From the NCBI GenBank assembly GCA_028534125.1, contig CM052816.1, positions 56,484,001 to 56,548,000 on the forward strand: a DNA stretch of 64,000 nt, in the 5' to 3' direction. The notes under the pieces are model-generated. The model worked only from the letters and a program-made list of their open reading frames with translations, was not told where the DNA came from and ran no database searches. Position 1 is the first letter of the stretch, and each line of letters starts with the position of its first letter. The stretch comes from Lama glama (Eukaryota). The translations under genes were made by a program, and so were the position numbers. Below, piece after piece: positions 51,461 to 64,000 of this stretch.

Positions 51461-52759
51461 TTGCTTCACAGAAAACTCTAGATAAGCACCCTGGCTCTTT
51501 GTGACTCATAGAAACAATGGGAATAACCCTGTGCAGTTGTGCAAAGTAAAGGCCCTGTTCTTATTACCAGCTGTGTGGGTCTGGGGTGAATTAACCTCTC
51601 CGAACCTTATTTCCCCCACTTATAAAGTGGGAATGAAATCAGATCCCTCACTAGACTGTGCCTTCTTATTAAGCTCAGGTTTGTTTGCTGGAAATGGAAA
51701 TCTGAGGTCATCATGCCTTTGCTGCTGAAGATTCTGCTCTAGGAGCTTTGAGGTTGTGGACCAAAACATCTCAAATATTTAAAATCCAAGAAGGACAAAA
51801 AAAAAAAAAATAAAGGCAAGCTATGACTCATTCTTTGAGGTCATCTATCACACATCCCAGAGGGTTCAGGAGGAGAACTTGCTCTTTCTGAATCCACGCA
51901 TATATGATTGTTCCAAAGGGACCTCCTTTGTCTGCAGCAGGAGAGCTAACGGGCTGGATGGGTTCTGAGGAGCAGAGGGATGCTGGACAGATCGGGCATG
52001 TGTGATGGAGCAGAACTGCTGATTTTATCAGTCCTAGGTTCTACCACCTCTTTGCTGGGTAACCTTTGGCATGTTATTTAACCTGAGTCGGAGTTTTCCT
52101 CTCAAAAGGAAGATTAAGTAAAATATCGTGAGAGTACTGCACAGAGGTAGATAGTCAGCAAATGTGTGTTCCTTTCTCTTGGAAAAAACTTAGCATCTGG
52201 GTTTATCGGGCCACCCTTTGGATCTGGGTTGGTGCTTGGGACATGGTTTATGAGATATAATATGTAAAAATGCTGTGCGATTTAAAAACTTTCAAAGGTC
52301 CTTATTATAAAACAATAATATATGTTGTAAAAACCTCAGCTGAGCTGGTAGTGGGCTTTTTGGATCCGGACTCTGATAGCTCTCCCACAGTTAAACGGTT
52401 TGTTATTCAACCTAGGAGCAGTCCGGCATCTTAAATCATGAAGCAGATTGCTGCGTATAAGAATCTCTTTACTATTTTAGATCAGATGACCACATAAAAG
52501 ATAAAGAAAGAGCCTTAGGACGGATGCTTGTAGGGGTGCAGTTGGGACAGATCAGAGGAAGAGAAATCCAAACGGACCGCCATGAACACCTGGGGTGGGA
52601 AGATGCTCTGACGCGGCCCCTGCTGCTGTCTTCTGGGAGTGGCTGTGGGGCTGCGACTGGACTCACTGGGAGCTAATGCTTCCCACACTCCCACTTCCCA
52701 GCTTCTGAAAGATCCTGTCCTGGGAGACGTTTTCAAATGCTGGTCACACTCCTTGAAAA

Positions 52760-53150
52760 ACTGCCTACTTTGTCATCTCCTCTACAGAATCTCCATTGGG
52801 CTGTACCTTCCAGCTGTTCTGAAATCTGACCATTTCTCACCACTTCCACTGGTATTCTCTGATCCAAGCCATCGTTTTCTCTCACCTGGGTTATTTCATG
52901 TCATCTCCTAACTCATCTCCTTGCTTCTGCCCTTATGGCATCCTACTGAAGCCATAGAATGTCATTCTGTTTGGCGTCATCTGCTGACTCCCCATCTTAG
53001 AGTAAAAAGCAAAGCCAGGACATTGGCCTCAATGCCCTCATCAATCTGGCTTTTGCCACCTTCCCTCCCTGAGTCTTCCTCCTCACCCCCCTCCCCTTCC
53101 TCTCTCTCCATTGCCCCCGTGGCTTCCCTGTTGTTCCTCCAACAGAGTCC
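52760..53150 (+). mobile_element. L2 LINE fragment
   Basis: aatctgaccatttctcaccacttccactgg...ccaagccatcgttttctctcacctggg...ctcctaactcatctcc...ttagagtaaaaagcaaa. Confidence 0.7.
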
Positions 53151-53384
53151 TCTGCCCAGAATTCCAGACCATTCTCCCTTCAAAACTCACTCAGTGATTT
53201 TTAGTTTTACTGGACACAAAAGGTCCTAAAACTTGGAGATCATGTATTTAATAATCCCCCAAAGGACAAAACTCAAATCTGCGTGTACACATTGTTCCTC
53301 TCTCTGAATTCCTAGAGCCTTTTTATTCCAGGAATCCCACATTTGGAAGACTTATTTATACTGTCTGGACTGATCCTTAGTTAT

Positions 53385-54575
53385 AACCTATTTTAAAGTC
53401 GGGTTGTTTGTATATTATAGAACTATAAGAGTTTTTAATATATTGTTGACACAAGCACATTATCAAATGTGTGATTTGCAAATATTTTCTCCCATTCAGT
53501 TGAGTTTCCTTCATTTTCATGATTATCTCCTTGGGAGTCTCAAAATCTTAATTTTTTTAAAAAATTGAAGTATTGCTGATTTATAATATTGTGTTAGTTT
53601 CTGGTATACAGAATAGTGATTCAGTTATATATATATTCTTCTTCATTATAGGTTATCATAAAATACTGAATGTAGTTCCCAGAGCTACACAGTAGGACCT
53701 TGTTGTTCATCTATTTTATGTATAGTAGTTTGTATCTACTAATCCCAAACTCCTAATTTATCCCTCCCCCTTCCTTCTTTCGTAACCATAGGTTTGTTTC
53801 CTATGAAAAATCTTAAATTTAGATGTAGTCTAATTTATCTCTTTTATTCCCTTATCGCTTGTGCTTCTGATGTCATATCTAAGAAGTCTTTGCCTAAACC
53901 AAATCAAAGATTTTCTCCAGTATTTCCTTCTAAGAGTTTATAGTTTTAGCCTTTTACATTTAGGTCTGTGATTCATTTTGAGTTTTTTTTTTAATGCATG
54001 GTATGAGGAAGGGAGTCAAACATCATTCTTTGGCATGTGAATATCCAGTTTTCCCAGCACTGTTTGTTGAAAAGACTATTCTTTTCCCATTGAATTGTCT
54101 TGGCACTCTTGGCAAACAACCATTGACATGTGAGGATGTTCTTTCTTGTCTCTCAATTCTATCCCATTGATGTATTTGTCTATCTTTATGCTATTACCAC
54201 ACTCTTTTGATTACTGTAGCTTTGTAGTAAGTTTAAAAATCAGAATGTAGGAGTGTTCCTACTTCTTTTTCAAGATTGTTTTGGCTATTCTGGGTCCCTT
54301 GAATTTCCATGTGAATTTTAAGCCTGGCTTGTCAATTTCTGCACAGAAGCCAGCAGGAATTTTGATAGAGATTGCATCTAATTTTGTAGATCAATCTGGG
54401 GAGTATTGCTCTTTTAATAATATTAAATCTTCAGGTCACTGTATATGTGGTGTCTTTCCACTTATTTAGTTCTTCTTTAATTTCTTTCAATAATATTTTG
54501 TAAGTTTTCAGAGTATAAGTTTTATACTTCTTTTGTTAAATTTATTGGTAAGTATTTTTTATTTTATTGATGCTA
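53385..54575 (-). mobile_element. L1M ORF2 fragment hosting a nested younger L1
   Basis: gatttgcaaatattttctcccattc...cccagcactgtttgttgaaaagactatt...gattactgtagctttgtagtaagt...ttggctattctgggtcccttgaatttccatgtgaatttta. Confidence 0.85.
53552..53806 (-). mobile_element. 5'-truncated cetartiodactyl-type L1 3' end nested in an older L1
   Basis: Same family as 34441-34730; flanked by aaaatcttaa (53542-53551 and 53807-53816). Confidence 0.85.
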
Positions 54576-54584
54576 TACAGATGA

Positions 54585-54960
54585 GTAAGAATTTTATTTT
54601 AAAAGCAATAGAAGCCACTGAAATATTTTAAGCAAGGATGGGCATGACTGCAATCAAATTTTTAAAGATCCCTCTGGCTTCCGGGCTGAGAATTCATTTA
54701 AGGGGATAAAAGTGAATGAAGAGAGACCAGTTAAGAGGCTGCTGTAGTGGCCAAGTGAGAGATGGTGGTAGCTAGACAAGGATGGTGAATCAGACATGGT
54801 AAAAAGTAGACAGACTCAAGATACTTTTAAAGGAAACCCAAAAGGATTTAGTGATGGATTGGATTTGAGGGTGTGGGAAAGGGAAGTAACAAGGCTTTTA
54901 TTTTGTATAACAGAATGAATGGTGGGGCCATTCATCATGATAAGGAAAACAGGAAAAGAA
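54585..54960 (-). mobile_element. L2 LINE fragment
   Basis: ttttaagcaagg...aagatccctctggct...gagaccagttaagaggctgctgtagtggccaagtgagagatggtggtagc. Confidence 0.8.
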
Positions 54961-56649
54961 CTGATATATGGTCTTTAAATACCACTTTACATTAGAGATA
55001 ATGTGGGTTGGATTGAATTATCTCAGTTGATTTTCTTAGACTTTTATGAGGTAGGCAGGATAAGCGTTAATGTCCCCATGTCATGAGTGATAAAACTGAG
55101 GCCATGATGAGAAAGAGCACTGATTAGAAGTCAGAAAGCATGGGATTTTGCTATGTTAAGTAATGCTGGGTTCTCTGGATCCTATCTGTTAACTTCCCCA
55201 GTGGGCAGCTTCTTTATCAAACATAGGACTTGGTGACATCACCCCTAAAATCCCTTCTAATCTACCTTCCTTCGCTGCTGTCATTAAAAAATACATGTGG
55301 GGTTGAGGTACGTGTATAAGAACACAACTGACAGAGTTGGGATGTGAACTGCTTTCCCAGATTCTAGTCCATTGTTCATTATCCCCTGCGACCTCCTTCC
55401 CCCCTCCTCACTCATTTTATGAGAAAAATGGATGTCACCACCTTGCTCACAGATATTGGACAGTGTGGCCTATACATGGGCCAATATGTTTAATTATAAA
55501 TTTTGGCAACAGGGACACAAATTAAAAATCCCTTGAGGCTGGGATTGTGCTTATGACTGTCTTTAATATGTTTTCAATACTCGTGTCTCATGCATCAACA
55601 CTTCTATCCCTCCCGTGACTTTAAGTCCTTGCCCGGTGTAGCAATGTCTTCTTTTATCTCCTGTGGTGGCCACTCAGAAACTTTCTCAATGGAGAATGAC
55701 TCATGGGTCGCTGCCCAGAGACCAGACCTTAGGTTTGCAATCTGGAGTGTACCAGGAGTGGTTCTTAATCTCCTCTGAAATCTGGCACACGGGAGCAGAA
55801 GCCCACCTATGGGGTGGGAAAAGTAAATACCAAAAAAGTGTTGTTGTGCTTGAAAGAGGATCAGTGAGTTCTCCCAGGAGCTGGAGGGGGAGATTAGTGC
55901 CTCAGAGCCTCGGCAAGCCAGCCCTCACCGCCGAGCAGGCGCTCCGGACTCTGACCGGGGCTCGCTCTGGGCTCAGCTGGTTCAAGACACGCGCTTCCTC
56001 CTCGGTGGCCTTTGTAACCTGAATAAGGAAGAGGGAGGAGAGACTCTCTTCAAGACCAGCCTTTGAATTCGCCGCCTGGATGAAGGCCCAGGACACACCT
56101 GATCTAGTCAGTTTCTAGCAGCTTCTTTCAAACAACAAACAAGCTCGGCATTCACCCTGTGTGTAAACATTTCCATCACAATCGCCGCCCTGCTTTCATG
56201 GACCCAGGAACAATTTGATAGCGCAGATACTGGGGGAATCCTTTGAAAGAGGAAACTCACTGAAATAACATCTCTGTCAGAGGAGCACGTTTCCTCTGCA
56301 CCTGAGCCCTCTGGACAAGTGGCACATTGTGGAGAAACAGGATAGCGACTCCAAACGGTCATTTCTGCACACTTGGGGAATGAGTTTTAAGGAGGTGACT
56401 GCAGAGCCATGGGGCAGCCAGAACTTGCCCACCAGCTGGGCGATGAGCCCCATGCTTGGCTGGGGACAGGGCCGGGGAGGTGATGTATGCTCAGCGAGCA
56501 GGGGAGTTATGTCAGCGGGTCCCCCTCTTTGAAGGGAAAACAAGGCTTTCAGAGAGTCTGAAAGCATGCAAGTTTCAGGAAAACCAGCTCATCTCTGAAC
56601 TGCGAAGAAAAGCTAGTTATATTTTCTGAGCGACGAGTCCCACATTTGA

Positions 56650-56835
56650 TGCTATGTTGGAATCGCCAGGAATACTTGTGGAAATGCCAACTCCCGGGCA
56701 CCAGCCTGGACTCCCTGAATCAGAATCTCACCTCCTCCTACTCTCCCATGACGGGGTGGGGGAGCGCGACTCTGAGCAGTTCACACCCCAAACCGTCCCG
56801 ACAACGTGATGGAGGAAACGCCACTTTGAAAACCA
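56650..56835. mobile_element. MER5-like hAT fragment
   Basis: ttggaatcgccaggaatacttgtggaaatgcc...ctgaatcagaatctc...cactttgaaaacca. Confidence 0.5.
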
Positions 56836-57859
56836 TTCATCTCCAGGGTGACCTTGAACCACAGCTCTGGCCCCAGTCTGAAGGGCCATCATCATGGCTT
56901 CTTTGGTCTCCAGTCTATACTTTCTGGGAGGTGGATATGTTGACAGGACAACAAAAGGTCATTATTTCAGGTGAACCGAGAAGGCAGACAACAAAAGAGG
57001 ACCGGGAAAAATACAATGAGTAAAGAATTGCTTCCTTTGTTTAGCTGTAACCTGGAACTGCCTACGGCTCCTCAGAGCTGAGCAACACTAAGCCTGCCGG
57101 GTGAGTCACTCACGTCACGTCTGGGGGCCTGCGGTCCCAGTGCTGGGACTCCAGAGTACCCTGGACGCCTTCTCCCCTCTGCTGGTGGGGCTTCTGCATC
57201 TTCGCCTCTGCTCCTTGTCTAATGTTTTCCTTGTGGGGCAGGGAGACGCGGGGGCTGAGATGGGCGCAGGCGGGGCTGAAAGAAGAAGGCAGGGACTTTA
57301 AGCTTTGGGTGGGGGAGCAGAGAGGGTGGGGGTGTGGGTGGGGGTGGAAGGACAAGGAACAGCTTCATAGAAGAACAGGTCACCAAGAAGGGAAAATAGT
57401 TGGCACCTGCTCTACCCTGAAGGTTCTCTTCAGAGGTCTGAGGGCAGAGCTCACAGAGAAGGAGCGAGGATGCGTGTTGCGCCCCCCCACCCCACCGCCC
57501 CTCTGCCTCCCAGTCCCTTGGGCTTTACATCCCAGTTCAGCCCCAGAGACTATGGCTCAGGGTTTGCCTCCCCGGGTCTGTGTGGAAACTGGTGGAAAGT
57601 TCTGCTTCCTCGAATGAGGCCTCCTACCCCACCCAGAGCTCCTTGCCTCATGTCGAAATATACATTCCTACTGCACCTTAGAAGGAGGTTTTTCCTTAAG
57701 ACTTAGAAACTTCCGCTTCCCTTAGAACAGCAGGTGGCTGGGATGATAATTATATTTAATCTGTTTAAAGCTGAGCTTGCCTCTAGCCTGAGGGCCCCCT
57801 GTGACCCACTGTTAACCCCTGCGTCTACGCCTCTGCCCCCCACACCTCTGCTTCTTATG

Positions 57860-57965
57860 GATGGACTGTTTACCCCACTGGACCACAAGCTTCTGGAAGG
57901 CAGGGAATAGGGCTTGTTTGTCCTGGATCCCAGCACCTAGCATGGTGCTTGGCACTCAGGCAGGG
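57860..57965 (+). mobile_element. L2 3' terminus
   Basis: ccactggaccacaagcttctggaaggcaggga...atcccagcacctagcatggtgcttggcac. Confidence 0.75.
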
Positions 57966-59327
57966 GCCGGTGGCTCGTACCGTGTGGAACTGAAATTAAG
58001 TTAATCTGATGATGTGTTGTGGATCCCATAACACATACATCGCCTCATCAACCAATGATGGAAAGATCTGGGTCAAAATCCTGTTCTGTAGACGTTAGGG
58101 ATGTATTAAAAAAATTTTTTTTCAGAACAAAGCAGAAGCTACCGAACAAAAGTCTGGAGATCATTGCCATAATGTCAAATACCCTTGGCCTCTGAGGTCT
58201 GAGGCAGCTCCCTCTGCGGTGGGTGTGAAGAGTGAGCCCCACCACCCTGGCCCTGCTGCTGGAGGCCCCCACGTGGCTGCAGGGTGGGCTCGGGGCTGGC
58301 TTTCAACCTCCAGCAGCTCAGCCTCTCCAGATTCAAAGGCCCTTTGCCTCGCCTGGAAATGTCCCCTACAGTCCCTGGGACTTCAGGACGCTTTCTCATT
58401 CCATGGAGGCACCCCACATTTACTGAGCACATGGTTCCTCCCTGCACTGCCAGGCTGGTTCTTGAAGAATGCAGGACTGGTGGCCACATGTTTTGTGTGG
58501 AGGTGGGATCTCCTGCTTCTGAGCCTGACATCTCGGTGGCTTTTCTTCTCTGTCCAGGATGGTGACTGCCCTGCCACTGTGTGTCACCTCTGCTTCCTCG
58601 GCAGCTCTCCCAGGATTTGGGAGGCTCAGCCTCCCTCTGCTATCAGAGTTTCCAATATGTTAACAAATAAAGGTGCCAAAACAGGCTAACAAGAATTGTG
58701 GCCTACGTTTTATAGTTATGTTTAAGAAAAATGATGCTTTTACTATGAAATGTCACTTTGTTCATTTTTATATGCAACGAAAAATATGATTGAAAAATAT
58801 TTGACCTATAGGAAATATTTAAAATTTTACAGCAAAATAATGTAACATTAAACATTGATAATCGTGACTATAATGAGAATGTCATGACTGTTATGAACAG
58901 AATGTAGCAATTTAAATCATAGTCCATTGATCAAATTCTAACAGATAAAAATATCCCATCACAGAAGGAAGTGTCATCCAATATAAATTTGCTAATTATA
59001 AGATAATTGGGGAAATATGGAAAATATTAATTTATAGTGCATTAGACAGCCTGGGTCTGGGAAATTAAAATTAAATGATATCTTTCCATTCTCTCATTTT
59101 CTGTCTGCTAAAGCAAAAGTTTAAAATTGAGGCTCTTTATGATTATGTGGCATGAGATAAATGGCCCGTCCCCCGCCCAGCTAACAGCACTTTAACAGGT
59201 CCTGCCAGACTTAGCCCAGACCCCTGCAGCGCTGTAGCCGAGGCCCAACGTGGCAGGCCCTGGATGCAGGCCTACAGCTTATGACTGTGTCTGCGGCAGG
59301 GATACGCTCCAGAGGCGAACACGGGCA

Positions 59328-59367
59328 CCGCACCATCCCTGGGTCCCCGCACCATCCCTGGGTCCCC
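59328..59367. repeat. 19-bp perfect tandem duplication
   Basis: ccgcaccatccctgggtcc twice, followed by cc. Confidence 0.9.
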
Positions 59368-59399
59368 ACTATTTGCAAAAACCTGACTGTCAGTCTGGC

Positions 59400-59778
59400 C
59401 CTTCCCAGCAGCCAGCCCCTGTTTCTCTTTGCTTTCCCTCAGTCTCAGACAACAGCTTGCCAGCAGAGCCGGGAAACATCCGGGAGTTCACATCTCCCTG
59501 GGGGCAGTCCTTAGCTGAGAACTGATTGGTTCAGGGGTACAAATATCCCAGCCCTCTTGCCCGTTATTAGCTCAACTCTGAGACTAATAGTGTCTTTGAA
59601 GCTCACTTTCGAGACTTTCCTTGACGTTGCACCTTTACTTGGCCTACTTTCTGTCCTGGTCCCGTTTCTCTCTGTCCATCACCAGTTCTCCTAGGAATCT
59701 CTCCTGATAAAGAATTTTCATACTTTCATATGTGTCTTCCTCTCGCCGTCTGCTTCTGGAGCTCTTAGCCTATGCCAG
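59400..59778 (+). mobile_element. LTR16-like solo LTR, degenerate
   Basis: ccagccctcttgcc...caactctgag...tcaccagttctcctaggaatctctcctgataaa...cctctcgccgtctgcttctggagctcttagcctatgcca. Confidence 0.55.
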
Positions 59779-59784
59779 GAACTT

Positions 59785-59930
59785 AACTTATTGTGTGACT
59801 TTGGACAAGTTACTCGTCCTATTTGAATTTATTTCTTTATCTGCAAAATTGAGACGCACACACCAACCTTATAATAGGGCAACAGGACGCACTGGAAACC
59901 ACGTATCTAAAGTGACTGGCAGAGTCAGTT
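59785..59930 (+). mobile_element. MIR SINE
   Basis: tgtgtgactttggacaagttac...tttctttatctgcaaaattg. Confidence 0.65.
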
Positions 59931-62900
59931 GCAGTAGATGCCATTGTCATTCACTCTTTCCTCAAGGCTGCGAGGCTCACTCACCGACTGCCCTGGACGA
60001 TACTCTTCTCTCTGGCTGGAGCCAGCTGGGACGGCAAGAATTGGGGTGGAGAAGCAAGTCCAGTTATTTGCTGACCTAGGACTGAGCCCGCGTCCCTTTC
60101 AACTTCAATGGGTCTGAGCAATTCGGCTGTATGTTTTTAAAACCCTTCGCACAAAATCAGGATGTAAGAACATGATCTGAGGTGTGGGGGCCAGGAGAGG
60201 ATTCAGAACTTGATCTTAATCGCTGTCTCAGGGCTGTATCCTGACCGTGGAAATCTTGAGTGGTTTTGATAGAGGGTTAACTCTGTTAAGAGAGGCCCTG
60301 CCTAATGTAGGTCCCTTGCTGTGTTTTGGAGCCTGTTCGGGGCCTGCAAGTTGGTGACAGGCTGCTGGGGCCAGGGTTCCCGGGGCCAGGGGCTAGGCCC
60401 GAATGAGAATTAAATGGTCCCACATACAGGAAGTTATCAGAATTTCTCACGTTCTGCGCAGTATCAGGTAGGCAATTCCAAGTGATTCATTTCCTTTCTC
60501 AAGCCAGAGAGTTACAGGGACCTAATACTGGAAGAGCCACTCCTGCTTGTGTCCCCAGTTGTTTCATTTTCTCCAATTCATTTCACTCACTTCATGCTTC
60601 CTGAACATAGACTATAATTCTCTCAGGTCAACTGCCCGAAGTGTCTGTTCCCTGAGGTCTTACACATCTGCTTTGGGTTGCTACCTCAGCTCCCAAAGAA
60701 TTCCCCCTTGCTGTTAATTGTAAATACAGACGGTGTAAGTAACAATTTAAAAATGAGTCAGAGATGGCACGAGACAGCCCTACGCACAGGGCCAAGGAGA
60801 TGGTGCTCAGGAAAGAGGCTGGGCCAGGCCAGGTGGTGGAGAGGGTTCTCTGGGTGTGAGCGGCGAGGGCGGCAGCGTGTTGTGCCTGAGTGTAGAGAGA
60901 GGTCTCAGTGACAGTCCCGGCTTGATGCCGGGGGCAGAGCCTGGAGCTCACACTGCACACTTTGTGGCCTTAAGCTCAGAGCTGAAGTAGATCACCCTTG
61001 CTGGCCCGAGAGTGCCCACTGAGAAGCAGCCTCAGAGGGACTGGGGTCAGACTCTAAGACTGTCACCAGGGGCTCCTGGGCAAGCAAGGTCTCCTCTCCG
61101 GGAGGAAGCCCCATGTTTTAACAGCAGAAAACTCCTGGCCGGAAATCTTTCGGGAAACAGGAGTCGGGGCAGATTGGTAGAAGGGACTCCTCCCATCTAG
61201 AGTTCTCCTTTTAGAAGGTGCTCTCTGAGGGGTTGTAGTGATCATACCGTGAGCCCCCCAAATTCCTCTCATCCCAGTCAGGTGGGTTTGTCCCCTGAGG
61301 ACGGGCGAGTGGGAGGAGGATACCCTGCAGAGGGGCGCAGGGAGGAGCTGCATTCCCAGGTCAAAGCAGGGGTGCTGAGAACAAGCACACGGGGAGGGGG
61401 GCCCTTTGTGTAGAGCCATGTGATATGCCTCCGCCCTTCACATCCCAGGCGGCTCCGGCTCTGCAGGGAGGGCACAGCCCACAGCGGGAGTCTCCTTCCT
61501 CTGCTCCGTGAAGATTAAGCATTTAGTTTCAGGTCACGACTGCGGAAGTGCACACAAGATACCCACCACCTTGCCATGACCCACCCGGGGCAGAGGGTTA
61601 ACGAAAGTGGTCAAAACCAGGAGAGGGTTCCTGTTTCCTCCAGGGACATTAATAAAGGGAGCCCTGTTGCCAAAGGATGGAATAACGAACGTCAATTAGT
61701 CCTGGAGGCACATCTCAAGTTACTAAGCCTGATGCTGACAGAAGCCATCGTAACCCCATCCACCGCCGTGTGTACACTCCACATGCCGCACCTGCCCACT
61801 CGTCCTGTTTGCCCAAAACACTGACTGGCTCTTCCTTGGTTCCTCCTCCCATCCCTAATCCTACATAGGGTACATGTGTGGTCGGGCCCTGCCCTACTTT
61901 ATTTCCTGGGGCACCTGTTTGTTGTTACTAAATCGTGTTTTTCGTGGAAACATGGCACATGGGCGGGCAGGGATCACTTCCTGTTTCCTGGACTTCTTCG
62001 TATCCACCCGGCAGCGCTGGGTCTGTTCTGAGCCTTCCTTTTCTCACTCACGTGAAGCCACCAGATTGGTTAACAGCATGTCTAGGCAAATCATTCTTAT
62101 CCATTAACTGAGCATTTTCAGACACACCCTGTGTTGTCCTCAGACTGAGGAACTGGTTACTTTGTAGAGAGATGTATGGCCGCCAAACAACAGGGTCTGT
62201 AAAAAAGAAGCCCCATTGTATATTTTATGCCCAGGTCCACAGTGAGCAGGAAGTTGGCACAGCACAGTTCTGTGCCATCAGCGTCTCCAGTAGTTCCTCT
62301 GGGGAGGAGGCTGCTGAGGGGTGGCGTTTCTCCCTGTGGCATCCTCTGGAGAAGGCCCAGGCTCTCTCCAGCACACACTGGAGTGTGGACCTCGGGGCAG
62401 GACATGGACTTCCCTGCTCCAGCCTCGACTCTGTGAGCCCTCACCCCACAGCTGCTGGTGGAAGCCAAGGCTATGTCATGGGTCCCTCGGGATGCTGCTG
62501 AGGGAAAATCTTTGGAGATGAGCTGGTCTGTATTCTGAGATGTCAGCGTGAGCTCAGTTCAGGGCAAAGAGAGTCTCAGAACGACGGGGTCTCCCTCTCT
62601 AGGTGTCTCCGTAGCAGACTCCCCTGGCGATGCTGCATCTATGTGGGACGGATGAGCTGCGGGGCATTTTCTAGACTGTTCTGCTGGTTGCTGGCCAACG
62701 CTGTGGGATGGGTTTGAGGAGTTGTGCAAGGGCCTCTGTGGCCGTTCTTTGTCCACTTTGTGATAGTCCTATGCTCGGTTTACAGAAACCAGGCAGGGAC
62801 AGGTGAGGGAGTCTGCTGTGTGAGGCTCTCCAGGCCAGGACTCTGGCTGCAGCTAGTGCTTCCTAGGAACGTGCGGCTCTGTGGGAATTCAGCTCTGGCA

Positions 62901-64000
62901 ATGCCGTCAACAAGGAGGGGTCCCTGGCACCCCTACAACATCTTATCAACCCCATACTAAGTTCTACAGTGTCCCTTTACTAAGTGGGGAAATGGGTGGG
63001 AAACATACAGTGTGTGCGTTGCACGTGAACCAACTCCTAGATGTGGCATCCTAAGATATCCTGGCACCAACTGAGGCAGTGGAAAGTCACTTCCATGAGA
63101 ACAGGGTTCTATCTGAGAGCTATGTCCCTGGATACATTCTTGGATAAAAGGCAGCTCTAGTGAAACTGTGTGTCTTGCAACCCCCTTGGAAACGAGCACT
63201 CACTGACTCCTGGCGCCATCTGCCTACTTTTGTTTACTGCTCCCGACACCAGCACCTGACCTGGCTCCGCTTCTCTTTATCTTATGGATTCTTCTTACTC
63301 ATGACTTTTGTCTACTCTGGTATCCCTTTCGGATGATTCTGCCTCAGGACTCCTAACTTACTGATTTCTCTGTGCACCTTTACACGTTTACCTTCTACTG
63401 CCAGCTCCCAAATGTCCTTCTCTCTGTCTCTTGAGTCCAAATGTTCCCAGAAAATCTCATGGGACCATTTAGCCACCGTCTTTCTTCTTGGCCTGCCTAG
63501 CTTTGAAACTGTCAGCCAATTTAAGGTTTCCTGTTAGCTATTGCTAGGTAAGGTAATTGTTCCTGATTTAATTGCTGTTGATTAAAAATAGTGGGGCTCC
63601 TTTGGGGTGATTATTGCTGAAGTGGCCCATCAGAAGGATGCTATGGGTATGTCATGCTTTCTGAGCTTTGCTGTGACCAGTCTACTAATTCCTCCTTTCA
63701 ACAGGCTGGCTCGAAACCTTATTAACATGCTTCTAACACAGCACACACTTCACTGGAAATTAACGCAATCAAATTGCCCTTAGAAAGGATTGTTCCATGA
63801 CACAATGGCCAAGACATAGTCCCAGGCATGGTTTACTGGGACTTGAAGAAGCTAGTAGGGCAGAGAATGTGAAACGTGGGGAACTAGAGAAGGGCAGGTA
63901 GTTAAATCATGCTTGTAGCCCAGCTGTTCTGGTGATCTATTGCTACCTAGCCAATCATCCCCAAAGTCCATGCCATCAAGCAACAACTGTCTGATGATCC

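Noticed and set aside
1..64000. CRISPR array, operon or other prokaryote-type novel system
   Set aside because: No regularly spaced repeats and no gene-dense ORFs; the sequence is dominated by mammalian interspersed repeats.

Overview
This is mammalian non-coding DNA, not prokaryotic. It is most likely from a camelid: it carries three tRNA-derived SINEs resembling camelid vic-1 and cetartiodactyl-type L1 3' ends, and I saw no Alu, BovB/Bov-tA or PRE1. I recognise no host protein-coding exon, RNA gene or CRISPR array. The only recognisable peptides are transposon relics (L1 ORF1 and ORF2, Tigger7 transposase N-terminus). The window is a mosaic of MIR, L2, L1, solo LTRs (LTR33, four LTR16, MER34-like, MLT1C) and DNA transposon fossils (MER5, MER53, MER58, MER115, MER44/Tigger7), plus unique blocks with TF-motif clusters and a 500-N assembly gap. 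It looks intergenic or deep-intronic. The clearest structures are a twin-priming-type inverted L1, an L1 with ORF1 joined to the 3' UTR without ORF2, and nested insertions with target-site duplications (TSDs). I found no support for a new biological system. Repeat names come from recalled consensus sequences and most boundaries are approximate, so both need RepeatMasker/Dfam confirmation.
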